From contig JBHOSQ010000001.1 of assembly GCA_042584585.1 (NCBI GenBank), forward strand, positions 58,694 to 122,693: a stretch of DNA of 64,000 bases, in the 5' to 3' direction. The notes beneath the pieces are model-generated. The model had not been told where the DNA came from. It searched no databases and saw only the letters and a list, made by a program, of their open reading frames with translations. This DNA is from an archaeon (GTDB lineage Archaea; B1Sed10-29; WALL01). Below are positions 55,248-64,000 of this stretch, one piece after another; within the stretch, counting starts at the first letter, position 1, and each line of letters opens with the position of its first letter. A program made the position numbers and the translations under genes.

Positions 55248-56601
55248 TGAACAACGGCAGCATGTTAATGAAGATTAGCGCCAGCACGAAAACCGTGACC
55301 AGTTTCGTTGCCTTGCGCGCCTTTTTCTTGCCGATTTTCGTGGACGCGAGCGACATGAACATCAACCCACCGTCCAGTGGCACTAGGGGCAGCAGGTTCA
55401 TGACGCCAACAATGAAGTTGAAGAACACAACGAGGCCCGTGAGCTGAACCAGGAAAGTGATTAGCTCAAGGTCCCATGGCATTTGCTTGAAGGTGTCCTG
55501 CAAGCCGGTGACGCCAATCATTGACTCGTTACTGAGCTGAACATTGTATGCTCCTGCATCAGTGGCTATTTGGAGCATGTCCCCCGGGCTCGCGGACGCC
55601 GTGATGTTGTGCAGCACCGCAATGTTAGGGACGCTTGTGCCGTTGATTGCAACGATTTTCATTCCCCCGGCGAGGCGGCCGTAGCCATGCGACTCCTCGA
55701 GCACGTCGCCAATCAAGGGGTGGTCGTAGTATGAGTCATACCTGGCGTAGTAGCCCGTGGCGTCAAGCGCGGGCATCATCGCGAACACAAATAGCCCCAG
55801 CACGAAGAAGCTGGTCAAGTAATTGGCTGCGGAGCCAACTGAATAGACGCGGAGCTGCTCGTGTGCAGGCGCCTTTTGTAACTGTTTTTCGTCGGGCTCG
55901 ACGAACGCGCCGAGCGGGATGAACCCGAACATCAATAAGCCCGTAGCCTTGAGGCGCAGGCCCTGTGCCTTCACGAGGATTCCGTGGCTCAACTCGTGGA
56001 CGAATATCAGGATTGGGAACGCGAGCCAGCCAGACCACGGGATTTGGAAGGGCGAGCCCTCGATTGCGACTCCGGGGATGGCTGGTGCGACGGCGGCCTG
56101 CACCGCGGTGCCCATCAAGTAGCCGCGCACGACCTCGAATGCGGATTGTGAAATCAGGAACACGAGCGAAACCGAGAAGCCGAAGCACAGCAATACGATT
56201 TGCAGGATTGCTTGGGAGAGGAAGTCGCCCGCGAAGAGCATGTTGGTGGTGAAGTACTGCTCGCCCGTAATTAGGTATATAATAAAGGCGGAGAGCGAAG
56301 GCGACATCAGGAAAAGTGACGCCGCGGCGGAATACAGCCACTTGTGATTTGATTTTCTGAAGACGTAGAGCGCGCCGACCATGCCGAACGCGAGTATTAT
56401 GCCGAAGTCGCCGTAGGCCTTCCAGAAGCGGTGGTGCTTCTTGGCGATTGCAGCCATCTTTTTGAGCCCGCGGTGGCTCTTCCACATGATGACTGGGCCC
56501 CAAATCTTTAGCTTTGGCGCTATCCGGGATACAATGAGGGAAACGGCAAATGCCTGGAGCAGCCCCCAAAAAAGCAGTTCCCACATGGTGAGTTCAATCA
56601 T
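55240..56601 (-). CDS. Site-2 protease (M50 family) with a PDZ-like domain
   Basis: HELSH, GAFVEPDE, NLLPLVPLDGG. Confidence 0.93.
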   Translation of the reverse strand: MIELTMWELLFWGLLQAFAVSLIVSRIAPKLKIWGPVIMWKSHRGLKKMAAIAKKHHRFWKAYGDFGIILAFGMVGALYVFRKSNHKWLYSAAASLFLMSPSLSAFIIYLITGEQYFTTNMLFAGDFLSQAILQIVLLCFGFSVSLVFLISQSAFEVVRGYLMGTAVQAAVAPAIPGVAIEGSPFQIPWSGWLAFPILIFVHELSHGILVKAQGLRLKATGLLMFGFIPLGAFVEPDEKQLQKAPAHEQLRVYSVGSAANYLTSFFVLGLFVFAMMPALDATGYYARYDSYYDHPLIGDVLEESHGYGRLAGGMKIVAINGTSVPNIAVLHNITASASPGDMLQIATDAGAYNVQLSNESMIGVTGLQDTFKQMPWDLELITFLVQLTGLVVFFNFIVGVMNLLPLVPLDGGLMFMSLASTKIGKKKARKATKLVTVFVLALIFINMLPLFIS

Positions 56602-56655
56602 TGCCGATTCATTATCCCCACAATCTTTAAAAGGGTGAGTGCGTTAGCTAGAGCC

Positions 56656-57798
56656 ATGAAGCTTAAGCATGTACTGCCACAGGCAGTGATAGGCGCGCTG
56701 GCGACCGGGGTTATGCTCCTGGCGCTTACGTCGTACGCGATGATGTCGTTCCAGGGCCAGGTCCCGGACGATACCGGTGCGACAACCCTCATAATTCTGG
56801 GGTTGGCCGCGCTGTCGTTCACTGCAGGGGGGTTCATCGCTGCTTATCTGTCGGCCAAGAAGGCAAAAGACGCCGCTGACCGGGCGCTGACGTCGTCTGC
56901 GCTCACTGGCGTGGTGCTGGCGGTTGGAGTGGGGGTATTGGCGCTGCTTACCGCGCTGATGGAGAGTGGCTCCATGGCCCTAGCACTCTTGAACGTGCTG
57001 GTTCTTTCGGTCGCCATTGGCATGACCGGCGTCACGCTGGCTACGCTTGGGGGACTGGTGTACACGTTTATCGCGAAGGGGGATTCCGTGATTTTGTCTT
57101 CCGCCAAAAAGGGGTGGAAAACATACAAGAAATCGCCTGCACTGCTCGTGCCCCCGTTCGTTTTCACTTTCCTGCTGGTCGGGTCCGCGCAATTGTTGGA
57201 GACTTATCCGGTTGAGGGAGAAATCGGGATCGCGCTGTCTGCCGTGGGAGTGTTGGTCGGCGTGCTGCTGGCGGCCTTCGGCATTACTTCAGTTGTGCTG
57301 GCCATGCAGAAAAAGCACTCACTGAAAAAACTGTTGAAAGAGTCAATCAAGAAAAGCCGGGACGTGTTCTTTGGGCTGTTGGCGGCGACCCTGCCACCGG
57401 TTTTGGCGGCCACGGTGTTCGTTGCGGCGATTATGCTGCTGCCGGAGTACGCGGAGCTGCTCGCATTGTTCATGCCCGTGGTGGCCGCCGTGGTAGTGCT
57501 TTACATGATGGCCGTGTCGATGGTGCCGCAAGCCATTTTGCTGTCGAAAAAGAAGACTTTTGGGAGCCTCAAGGACAGCTATCGCGTCGTTCGAAAGAAC
57601 GCGGCGCTGTTCATCGGGCTCGGCGGCGTAATTGTGCTGGCGACTGCGTTCATGGAACTTGCGCTTGTGCTGGTGGACTTCGCGGTGTTTGCCGTGGGCT
57701 TTGACTCGGCGTGGATAACTTCGTGGGTGAGCGCGTCGCTGAACCTCGTGATTACTGCGTCTTGCTTGACCGGGTTTTACATGGGGGTAAAGAAATGA
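56656..57798 (+). CDS. Multi-pass membrane protein
   Basis: About ten hydrophobic helices; ATGA overlap with the downstream pilin-like gene. Confidence 0.8.
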   Translation: MKLKHVLPQAVIGALATGVMLLALTSYAMMSFQGQVPDDTGATTLIILGLAALSFTAGGFIAAYLSAKKAKDAADRALTSSALTGVVLAVGVGVLALLTALMESGSMALALLNVLVLSVAIGMTGVTLATLGGLVYTFIAKGDSVILSSAKKGWKTYKKSPALLVPPFVFTFLLVGSAQLLETYPVEGEIGIALSAVGVLVGVLLAAFGITSVVLAMQKKHSLKKLLKESIKKSRDVFFGLLAATLPPVLAATVFVAAIMLLPEYAELLALFMPVVAAVVVLYMMAVSMVPQAILLSKKKTFGSLKDSYRVVRKNAALFIGLGGVIVLATAFMELALVLVDFAVFAVGFDSAWITSWVSASLNLVITASCLTGFYMGVKK

Positions 57799-60272
57799 GG
57801 AAAGGGGTTAACCCCGTTGTTGCGGTAGTTTTATTGATTGCGATTGCGGTCATAGCCGCGGTAGCGATTTATTTTTGGGCCGCGGGCCAGGACATCACTT
57901 CGCCGAAGACCGCGACCTTTATCGACATAAGCGTGTCACCGGTCAACGTGACCGACGGGACATTCATAGTCACTAACATGGGGGGAGAATACTTGGAGTT
58001 GGCGTCGCTGGACAGCGTTTCGGGCGTTAGCTGTGACTTCGCGGCGTTGACGGAAATTGCTCCAGGGGATAGTGCTGTGTGCACGACTCCTTCCACGCCT
58101 TATTGCGAGATGACGTTTTTCGGCGAAGGCACTATTGCCGCCGACGTCTTGATGGGTGGCACCGACTGTGTGGTGTCCGGGGTCACTAATGCCCCAGTAG
58201 TCAGCTTCATTAGCGAGGACACTGGCGGGACCACCCCGAACGGCACCACGATTAACTTCACTGCCACGGCCACTGACGCGGACGGTGACCTGGATACTGT
58301 CATGGTTTATACTAACATAACCGGGGCCACGGCTGCCACTGCCATGGCGCCCGCGGGGGGAGACGACTTCACTGTGAGCATTGACGCGAACGTCCCCGGA
58401 ACCATCGCCTACTACGGGTGGGCGAATGACTCAGCCGGGTTCAGCAGCACGAATGGGACTTACGAGTTCGAGGTGGAGGACCCCAACGCGCTGAAGGCCA
58501 ACGCGACCGGGCCCTACGCGGGAGTGCTTACGGAATCACCGAGCCTCGTAAGGGAGTGGGACGTGGGAGCAACCGAGTTCAATGCGGATTATGACGAATA
58601 CTGCGTCCGGTTCCAGCCGCTCGCGGACGCGGACCACGATGTGGTGCGGCTTGGGGCGGAGTTCAACACTTCGACGACGAACGCGACGCTGAAGCTACGG
58701 TCCGGCGACGTGGGCATGCCGCCGGCCGCCATTCTCCAGAGTTGTAGTGTTCCGAGCGGCCAGGAAAACATTGAGTGGAGGTACTGCGACATCACTCCGC
58801 AGACGGTCACGCAAAACATTGGGTACTGGTTCTGTATATGCGCGGACAGTTTCGTTGGGTCGGCGACGGACAGCAGGAACGGCACTTGTGCCGCGCTGCC
58901 GGCGTGGACCGCGGGGCTGGAGGCCCCGAACTTCAGGTCGTACGAGGCCAGCGACGGGAGCGACGGCTACGAGGCAGTCATCGAGTTCCTGGGGAGCGGG
59001 ATTGACGGGACTCCGCCGTATTCTTATGCGTGGGGGTTCGACGACCCGTACTGTGACCCCCAGACGGACTGCGACACCGAGACAGGTGTGTGGCCGACCC
59101 ATCCTTATAGCAAGACTGGTGTTTACACCGCTAACTTGACGGTTACGGACGCTGCGCTGGACAGTGAGTTGGACACGGCACAAGTCACCATATCTGCTGT
59201 GGTGTCTCCGTGGAGTGCTGTGTTCGACAGCGGCCGCGACGAGATTGGCTACGCGGCGATTGACGGCAGCCTCTACGTGGTTGGCTACCAATTCGATGGC
59301 TTCGCGAACGATGTCTTTATCATGAAAGTAAACCGCACCAACGGGGATGAGCTGTGGAACGTGACGCACGACTGCGAGGGGTTCCACGACCAGGGCCTCG
59401 ACTTCACTACACGGAGTGCCGGCGGCTTCGCGGTGGCCGGGACGTGTGGCACTGCGGGCGACCAGGAGGCGTACGCACTGACGCTTGACTCGAGTGGTGC
59501 CCTCGTGAAGAACGTGACGTGGGACGCCACGGGCGGGCAGGACTATTTCCTCGCGGTTCTTGAGGACGGGACGGACCTGGTGTTCGCGGGAGTCAACGAC
59601 ACCACGGTTTACCGCGGCTTGATTGTAAAGTACGACTCGGACCTTGTCGAGGACTGGAACGTGACGTTCAACCAGAGCGGCGACTCCAGCAGGCTGGAAG
59701 ACATAATTGAAGTGAGCGATGGGTATGTCGCGGTCGGCGTTGCCCACGCCGCTTCTGATTTGTTTGTGTGGAAGGTGGACAAGGCCACGGGGGCCACCAC
59801 TTGGAGCAAGGACTACGACCACTTGGGGGCCAACCGGGACGATTACGGGTTGGGCATCATTGAGTTGGACGACGGCGGGTTTGGGGTGACTGGGTACACC
59901 ACCAATGCCGGCGCGGACAACGACGTATGGATAATGCGGCTGGACTCGGGCGGCAACGAGGTCTGGAACGTGACATATGACGGCGGCACGGAGCACGACT
60001 TTGGGTACGGTCTTGTCGAGGTAACTGACGGCATTGTTGTTGGCGGCACGGAACACAACGGCGCGGACTATGACTTCTGGGTGCGCGAGGTGGCCATGGC
60101 GGACGGCGCGACCACATGGACGCAGACGCACGACAACGGCGGCAACGACGACTACGGCTATTCGCTTGAGGAACTTGCCCCGGCTGGGTTTGTCATGACC
60201 GGGAACAGCAACGCGGCCGGTAACTTCAACATTTGGGTGCTGCGGCTGAACCAAACGGGTTACATTGCGTAG
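57795..60272 (+). CDS. Giant type IV pilin-like protein with Ig-like/PKD domains and a C-terminal beta-propeller
   Basis: MRKG/VNPVVAVVLLIAIAVIAAVAIYFW class III signal; YAWGFDD..PTHPYSKTGVYTANLTVTD PKD motif; repeated WNVT.D blades. Confidence 0.87.
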   Translation: MRKGVNPVVAVVLLIAIAVIAAVAIYFWAAGQDITSPKTATFIDISVSPVNVTDGTFIVTNMGGEYLELASLDSVSGVSCDFAALTEIAPGDSAVCTTPSTPYCEMTFFGEGTIAADVLMGGTDCVVSGVTNAPVVSFISEDTGGTTPNGTTINFTATATDADGDLDTVMVYTNITGATAATAMAPAGGDDFTVSIDANVPGTIAYYGWANDSAGFSSTNGTYEFEVEDPNALKANATGPYAGVLTESPSLVREWDVGATEFNADYDEYCVRFQPLADADHDVVRLGAEFNTSTTNATLKLRSGDVGMPPAAILQSCSVPSGQENIEWRYCDITPQTVTQNIGYWFCICADSFVGSATDSRNGTCAALPAWTAGLEAPNFRSYEASDGSDGYEAVIEFLGSGIDGTPPYSYAWGFDDPYCDPQTDCDTETGVWPTHPYSKTGVYTANLTVTDAALDSELDTAQVTISAVVSPWSAVFDSGRDEIGYAAIDGSLYVVGYQFDGFANDVFIMKVNRTNGDELWNVTHDCEGFHDQGLDFTTRSAGGFAVAGTCGTAGDQEAYALTLDSSGALVKNVTWDATGGQDYFLAVLEDGTDLVFAGVNDTTVYRGLIVKYDSDLVEDWNVTFNQSGDSSRLEDIIEVSDGYVAVGVAHAASDLFVWKVDKATGATTWSKDYDHLGANRDDYGLGIIELDDGGFGVTGYTTNAGADNDVWIMRLDSGGNEVWNVTYDGGTEHDFGYGLVEVTDGIVVGGTEHNGADYDFWVREVAMADGATTWTQTHDNGGNDDYGYSLEELAPAGFVMTGNSNAAGNFNIWVLRLNQTGYIA

Positions 60273-60277
60273 GGCCT

Positions 60278-60727
60278 TTAGCGCTTGCGGATTTTGACGA
60301 CGTCGCCTAGGGTGATGGGCCCGCTCTTTTCGTGGGTTACTTCGACGCGCTCGTCAGAAATAGCTTCGATTATTTTTATGCCCAGTGCTTTCTCTAGCTT
60401 TTGGGCGAGTTTTTTGGATGGCGTTAGCTTGCCGGACTCCAAGTGGTTGATTACGGACGTGGACTCATTGATTTTGCGGGCCAGTTCCTCTTGCTTCAGG
60501 CCCTTCTTGCCGCGGGCGTCACGGATTCGCTTGTCGTAGTCAGGGGCGATGTCGAACTGCTCTTCGCGCTTGTAGCGGGAGCGCCGATAAATCTTTTGCG
60601 GGCCCGCCTGGTGATCCCCGAGGAGGGTGCCGTGGGAAGTGCATCGGCTGCACACAGTTACTCTCGAGCCCTCGGCCATGATTACTTTGGGATAAGGAGT
60701 GTCCTCGCCACAAATCTCGCAGTTCAT
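60278..60727 (-). CDS. mbf1: Archaeal multiprotein bridging factor aMBF1
   Basis: CEICG...CSRC zinc ribbon, HTH QEELARKINE, ITLGDVV. Confidence 0.95.
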   Translation of the reverse strand: MNCEICGEDTPYPKVIMAEGSRVTVCSRCTSHGTLLGDHQAGPQKIYRRSRYKREEQFDIAPDYDKRIRDARGKKGLKQEELARKINESTSVINHLESGKLTPSKKLAQKLEKALGIKIIEAISDERVEVTHEKSGPITLGDVVKIRKR

Positions 60728-60763
60728 TGTTTAGTATTGGGGAAAGGAAGTATAAATAGTTGG

Positions 60764-61996
60764 CTACTTTTTCTTGGGCTTCTTGGCAGCCCGCCTTTCC
60801 CACTCTTTCTTGCGTTCGGTGACGTCCCGGAAGACACCTACAACCAGGTTTTTCTTCTTAAGAAACGCGCCCTGGACTTCAAAACTCTTTTTCTTGCCGG
60901 GACTCACTTCCATGACTATCTCCACGAGTGAAGCTGCTCCACCCCCAACAAGCTTCTTGAACGCAGCAGTCGCAATCTCAAGGTAACCAGCAGTCATAAA
61001 ATCACCGAAGTTCTTGCTGGTTATCTCGCTTTCCTTGCGCTCGAAGAGCTCCTCGAACGCATTGTTCACCGACAGAAAGTTCCCCATCGGGTCAAGCGTT
61101 GCTACGGGAAGCGGCGAGTCATCGACCAGCACGCGGTACAGCTCCTTGCGCTCGTCCAGTATAACTGCGGTTGCCGCCAGAAGCAGGAGCACAACACCGA
61201 AAGCCAGCAAAGCCCAAATCGCCCACTCCGGGAACACTTCCACTTCAGTGGCGGCTTCGCCGAGGTGCTCATGCAGGGACTGGTGGTACACGCTGGCTGG
61301 GTCTGTCTTCATCTCGGCCAAGTGCGTGTCTATAACACGGGCTAGTGTGGAATCTCCGGTGCCCTTCGGGAAAATAAACATTAGCTGCACCGGGTTAAGG
61401 ATTATTGTCGTTGCCTCGACGGTGTACTCGGATTCCCTGACCACGCCAAACAACCTGTTCACGACACCCGCGTCCGCGCTGCCGTTCTCAATTGCCACAA
61501 AAACGTCTGCGTAGCCTCCAACTTCCACGTAAGTGGCGTCGATGTCAAAGCTCTCGAGCGTGTTCTTGATGCCGCGCGGGCCAATGTAGTGGATTCCGCC
61601 TTCCATGACCGCCACTCTTTTGTTTTCCAAGTCAATGACGGAAACTATGTCGCTGTCCATAGGCACGTAAACAGTCGCCCAGTTAAGCACCACGGTCTCT
61701 TCGTTGTAGTCGTAAATCTCTGCCCGCGCGTCCGAGTACGCAACGTCCATGAACACGTCCAGCTCACCCGCCTCAATCATCCCAAGGCAGTCGTTCCACA
61801 CGCACTCAACATATTCTATCTCCCAGCCCTCCTGAGCAGCCATATAGTCAACGATGTCCACCCAGAACCCATCCGGATTTCCGTCTTCGTCAACGTATAC
61901 CTTGGGAGGGTTGTCGTACACGCCGACCTTGAGGGTCTCCGCAGCCAGCACGGGGACCATGAGCAAAAGCACTGCAAGCAACACCTGAGCCTTCAT
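60764..61996 (-). CDS. Family-3 solute-binding domain + TM + PAS protein with no output domain
   Basis: Signal peptide, VGVYDNPPK, GFWVDI, TM helix, YRVLVDDSP..VNNAFE..FRDVTERK, then stop. Confidence 0.88.
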   Translation of the reverse strand: MKAQVLLAVLLLMVPVLAAETLKVGVYDNPPKVYVDEDGNPDGFWVDIVDYMAAQEGWEIEYVECVWNDCLGMIEAGELDVFMDVAYSDARAEIYDYNEETVVLNWATVYVPMDSDIVSVIDLENKRVAVMEGGIHYIGPRGIKNTLESFDIDATYVEVGGYADVFVAIENGSADAGVVNRLFGVVRESEYTVEATTIILNPVQLMFIFPKGTGDSTLARVIDTHLAEMKTDPASVYHQSLHEHLGEAATEVEVFPEWAIWALLAFGVVLLLLAATAVILDERKELYRVLVDDSPLPVATLDPMGNFLSVNNAFEELFERKESEITSKNFGDFMTAGYLEIATAAFKKLVGGGAASLVEIVMEVSPGKKKSFEVQGAFLKKKNLVVGVFRDVTERKKEWERRAAKKPKKK

Positions 61997-62658
61997 TGCG
62001 TCACCTCCAGCCCCTTCTCAGTGAGCTTGAAGTCAAACACTCTCTCGGGGACGGGCCTGCCACCCTTCTTCTTGATGATAAACCCCTTCTTTCCCTTGTT
62101 TTCCTCTGTCTTGACCACGAACTGCAGCACCATGTCTGAAGAATGCTCCATCGCAGCTATGTCCTTGGGGTCGTGCATCTCCAGCTCCATCAAAAAGAAA
62201 CCCACAACATCAGCTTTTTTCAAGTCATGGACCACACTGCTGTAAAACTTGTAGACCTGCTGGATTGAGTTGCTCATCAGCGCGGACGACACCACGTCAA
62301 GCACAACCGTAACCTTTTTCCCCTTGTTCTTCTCGACCTGCTTCCGGATGGCGTCCGAAATAGTGTAAAGCTCACCGATGCTGGTTTGCACCATGTTCTC
62401 GCCCTTTACCTCGCCCACCGTGGCAATCCACGTAATTGGCTCGGCCTTCATGCCGTAGTACGTGAGGTCTTTCTTCACGTCCTCTGGCGTGCGCGAAGAA
62501 GTGACTACAATGACTGGCTCGCCGCGGCCCAGCGCAGAATTAATCAAGTGATAACCAAGCACTGCCTTGCCGCAGCCCGCCGTGCCCTCCACCAAAAGAG
62601 TTCCTTTCTCAATCCCCCCGAACTCCTTGTCCAGCGGTGCAATCCCGAACTCAATCAT
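61993..62658 (-). CDS. KaiC/RAD55-like single-domain RecA-superfamily ATPase (degenerate motifs)
   Basis: FGIAPLDKEFGGI, EGTAGCGKA, VVLDVVS, EHSSDMVLQF. Confidence 0.85.
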   Translation of the reverse strand: MIEFGIAPLDKEFGGIEKGTLLVEGTAGCGKAVLGYHLINSALGRGEPVIVVTSSRTPEDVKKDLTYYGMKAEPITWIATVGEVKGENMVQTSIGELYTISDAIRKQVEKNKGKKVTVVLDVVSSALMSNSIQQVYKFYSSVVHDLKKADVVGFFLMELEMHDPKDIAAMEHSSDMVLQFVVKTEENKGKKGFIIKKKGGRPVPERVFDFKLTEKGLEVTQ

Positions 62659-63848
62659 TTTTTCACCCCCGCGTCCTCAATAAACACGGCGACCACGTAC
62701 GGCCTCCCACGCCGCTTCGTTATCTCGCCTTGGGCCCGGAACTTTTTCTTGAGCCCTGACTTGGTCTTCATCTCGCAGTCAGTGCACTGTCCCTTCCCAG
62801 TCGCAATCACTTGGCTAAAGGTTTCTACAGACTTCTTGACTGACGCCGGGGTCAGCAATTCCTTGAACGTTTTGCCCACCATCTCGCTCGGCTTGAAGCC
62901 AGTGGACAACTCGAACGCCTTGTTCACTGACACAAACTTTCCGGCAGTGTCAATCATGCCCATGGGCACCGGCGAAGAATCTGCAATTGCGCGGTACATT
63001 TCCTCGCCTTCCTTGAGAGTGTAGCCAGCCCACACGAAAAACGCGACCAGCAAGACCGCAATGCCGAGAACCCACTTCGTCCACCCTGGCAATACCTCGA
63101 CCAATACTTCTGTGACGCCGAGGTGCTTGTCCATTGTGTGGTAGTAAAAGCCCTCGTTCTCGGCCTTCATCGCCGCGAGCTGCCGGTCAATCGCCTCAAT
63201 CAACACCGCGTTTTTTTCTGCGTTCTTGGGCATGGCGTACTTTACTTCTACCGGAGAAAACATTATTGGCGTGTCTTTACTGCCATACTTTCCTGCGTTC
63301 ACTGTTCCAAACACGCGATTCGTGACGGCGCCGTCCACCTCGCCCGCCTGCAGCGCGACAAAGGCGTCGCCATAACTGCTGTACTCGACGAACTCGATGT
63401 TTACCTCAAAGCTCTCGGCCACGGCCTTGATTCCGTTGGGCCCCACGTAGTTAACGCTGCCCGACAACACGCCGATCCGCTTTCCCTCGAACTCCAGGAG
63501 AGAGTCAAGCTCCGACCCAATTGGAACGTATATCGCGGACCAGCTGACTAACACGTTTTCGCTCGTGAAGTCCCATCGCTCTGCGCGCGCCTCGGTCGCG
63601 GCCACATCAGGCATCAAGTCAAGCTCGCCATTGTCCAGCCTGGTTAGATGCTCTTGCCACGTGCCTTGCACATACTCAATTTCCCAGCCCTCTTCCTCCG
63701 CGATATAATCAGTAATGTCGACCCAGAGACCCTTAGCCTCGCCGTTCTCCGTGTACATCTTTGGGGGATTCTCGTAGCACCCCACGCGCACCGTCTCTGC
63801 TGCCGCAATCGTCAGCAAGAGCATTAAAGCAATCAAAACTCTCCTCAT
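62655..63848 (-). CDS. Family-3 solute-binding domain + TM + PAS protein with no output domain (paralog)
   Basis: VGCYENPPK, GLWVDI, TM helix, YRAIADSSP..VNKAFE; ends right after the PAS domain. Confidence 0.88.
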   Translation of the reverse strand: MRRVLIALMLLLTIAAAETVRVGCYENPPKMYTENGEAKGLWVDITDYIAEEEGWEIEYVQGTWQEHLTRLDNGELDLMPDVAATEARAERWDFTSENVLVSWSAIYVPIGSELDSLLEFEGKRIGVLSGSVNYVGPNGIKAVAESFEVNIEFVEYSSYGDAFVALQAGEVDGAVTNRVFGTVNAGKYGSKDTPIMFSPVEVKYAMPKNAEKNAVLIEAIDRQLAAMKAENEGFYYHTMDKHLGVTEVLVEVLPGWTKWVLGIAVLLVAFFVWAGYTLKEGEEMYRAIADSSPVPMGMIDTAGKFVSVNKAFELSTGFKPSEMVGKTFKELLTPASVKKSVETFSQVIATGKGQCTDCEMKTKSGLKKKFRAQGEITKRRGRPYVVAVFIEDAGVKK

Positions 63849-63946
63849 AAGCCCACCAGGCAAAGCAAATCCGCCAAGTTATAAAAAAGTACCCTCGGCA
63901 ACCCGTAACACCTGGCTTTTAAAAGCCGTTCTTCGTAAGTAATCCA

Positions 63947-64000
63947 GTGAAATACCTCGACCACAAGCTTTTGAAGCCCGGGAAGATGGAGGCGCGGCTC
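63947..64000 (+). CDS. hef: Probable Hef/ERCC4-like DEAH helicase, N-terminus only (truncated by window)
   Basis: GTG start, MKYLDHKLLKPGKMEARL, resembling the H.L.KP..E.R.YQ start of Hef; TTTTAAAA upstream. Confidence 0.65.
   Translation, partial: MKYLDHKLLKPGKMEARL

Noticed and set aside
58695-60254. 519-aa minus-strand ORF
   Set aside because: Antisense shadow of the pilin-like gene, with R/V/H-rich composition typical of the reverse frame of GC-rich coding DNA

Overview
Archaeal chromosomal segment with BRE/TATA promoters, GGTG-type Shine-Dalgarno sites, Alba, aMBF1, Sec61beta, Orc1/Cdc6, type II GAPDH, ApgM and class III signal peptides. Gene content and ORFan style suggest a DPANN-like archaeon; this is an inference. 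Core genes include the argS 3' end, tRNA-Arg(TCT), cdc6, lig, alba, aspS, a gap-pgk-eno-apgM cluster, an oxidative-stress cluster, iorAB, tRNA-Ser(GCT), SRP RNA, thiL/thiN, ftsZ, an M50 protease and the start of hef. Most notable: (1) five AT-rich single-gene units downstream of tRNA-Ser, separated by four progressively decayed copies of a tRNA 3' end, resembling a cassette array but with no integrase in view; (2) an 8.5-kb run of K/E-rich ORFans built from shared, shuffled modules and coupled to a HerA-like ATPase; (3) two kinase-less SBP-TM-PAS receptors sandwiching a degenerate KaiC-like ATPase; (4) an SRP RNA that folds by eye without helix 6; (5) three intergenic G6-7/C6 palindromes with covarying arms; (6) two giant pilin-adhesin fusions. 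No CRISPR array, rRNA, transposase or integrase was seen. All family calls come from motifs recognised by eye, not database searches.
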